A DNA stretch of 64,000 nt, from NCBI GenBank assembly GCA_050084985.1, contig JBITNC010000001.1:204662001-204726000 (forward strand), read 5' to 3'. Below the pieces are notes generated by a model that searched no databases, was not told the origin of the DNA, and saw only the letters and a list, made by a program, of their open reading frames with translations. Below are positions 63,701 through 64,000 of this stretch, piece after piece. Position 1 is the stretch's first letter; each line of letters starts with the position of its first letter. The stretch comes from Nageia nagi. Taxonomy: Eukaryota > Plantae > Pinophyta. Both the position numbers and the translations under genes were made by a program.

Positions 63701-63900
63701 CTCAGATGACGTGGGTGTGGGGATACCATCTGGCGATCCTAAACCATATTTGATGGCGAAAAAGGGTCAATGTCCCTTATTTTCTGTTCAAAGAATTGGA
63801 GAAATCAGCAAAAGACTTTCAAAAGGGGAGAATAAAATTTTCCTTTCATCAAGGGCTCTTTTTGCTTATTGCTAAATTCATGGTCAAAAACAAGGTTGGA
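60710..63900 (+). pseudogene. ORF-Y: uncharacterised TE-type accessory ORF split by a solo LTR
   Basis: ...SFEISLAVLAEIFGLEDEG...LREGLPQP[W] resumes after the TSD as PWPKVVDTIMNYFT, then after a frameshift as LNTQMTWVWGYHLAILNHI*WRKRVNVPYFLFKEL...HQGLFLLI. Confidence 0.6.
61065..63652 (-). mobile_element. Solo LTR (2588 bp), unit 4 of the double-hairpin-terminus family
   Basis: TG...CA termini and perfect TSD CCATG (61060-61064 and 63653-63657). Minus-strand start TGCTGTGACTAAAACACAACATGCCCCAAAATCCTGCGATTTTGGGGACCC, end AAAGAAAAAGCCCCCAACA. Confidence 0.9.
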
Positions 63901-64000
63901 CGGGGGACCCTACTGACCTAATGCTAATCATCAAGAAACTTGAGAATGGAACCCCTAGAGGGAACCGAACATGCAAGAAAAAAGTTGAAGGAGGGAGGTG

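Noticed and set aside
50076-64000. Further upstream fimbrin exons (CH1 to CH2, for example LLRWMNFHL)
   Set aside because: No such peptide was seen in the ORF track or by eye, so they are presumed to lie beyond the window. A very short exon could have been missed.
12933-64000. Antisense orientation bias of intronic TEs
   Set aside because: Most are on the plus strand, but the LINE, one Copia and solo LTR 4 are sense to the gene, and several insertions are nested. There are too few independent events.

Overview
AT-rich plant nuclear DNA, most likely from a conifer-type gymnosperm (inferred from very large TE-filled introns and old, decayed retroelements). The only intact host gene is a minus-strand fimbrin. 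Seven coding exons are visible (50075 down to the stop at 11792), all GT-AG and phase-consistent, with introns of 115, 305, 173, 10799, 490, 25289 and more than 13900 bp; the 5' exons lie beyond the window. Downstream of the gene, a PPR pseudogene is split by a pol-less Tat/Ogre-like LTR element (418-9013, TSD TGATG) that carries an antisense Plant Mobile Domain ORF. The introns hold nested relics: a chromovirus (35003-48282, TSD CTCTT), Copia remnants, an L1 LINE, tRNA-SINEs and hAT/Mutator MITEs. The most unusual signal is a family of four LTR-like units (starts at 26225, 36556, 55439 and, on the minus strand, 63652) that share a double-hairpin 5' terminus. One is a complete 7.5-kb unit with LTR-type ends and a 5-bp TSD but no gag or pol, so apparently a giant solo LTR. 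It carries its own promoter, a splice acceptor and a decayed ORF of about 1.2k codons, and a divergent homologue of that ORF sits in a second unit. All calls were made by eye, without database searches.
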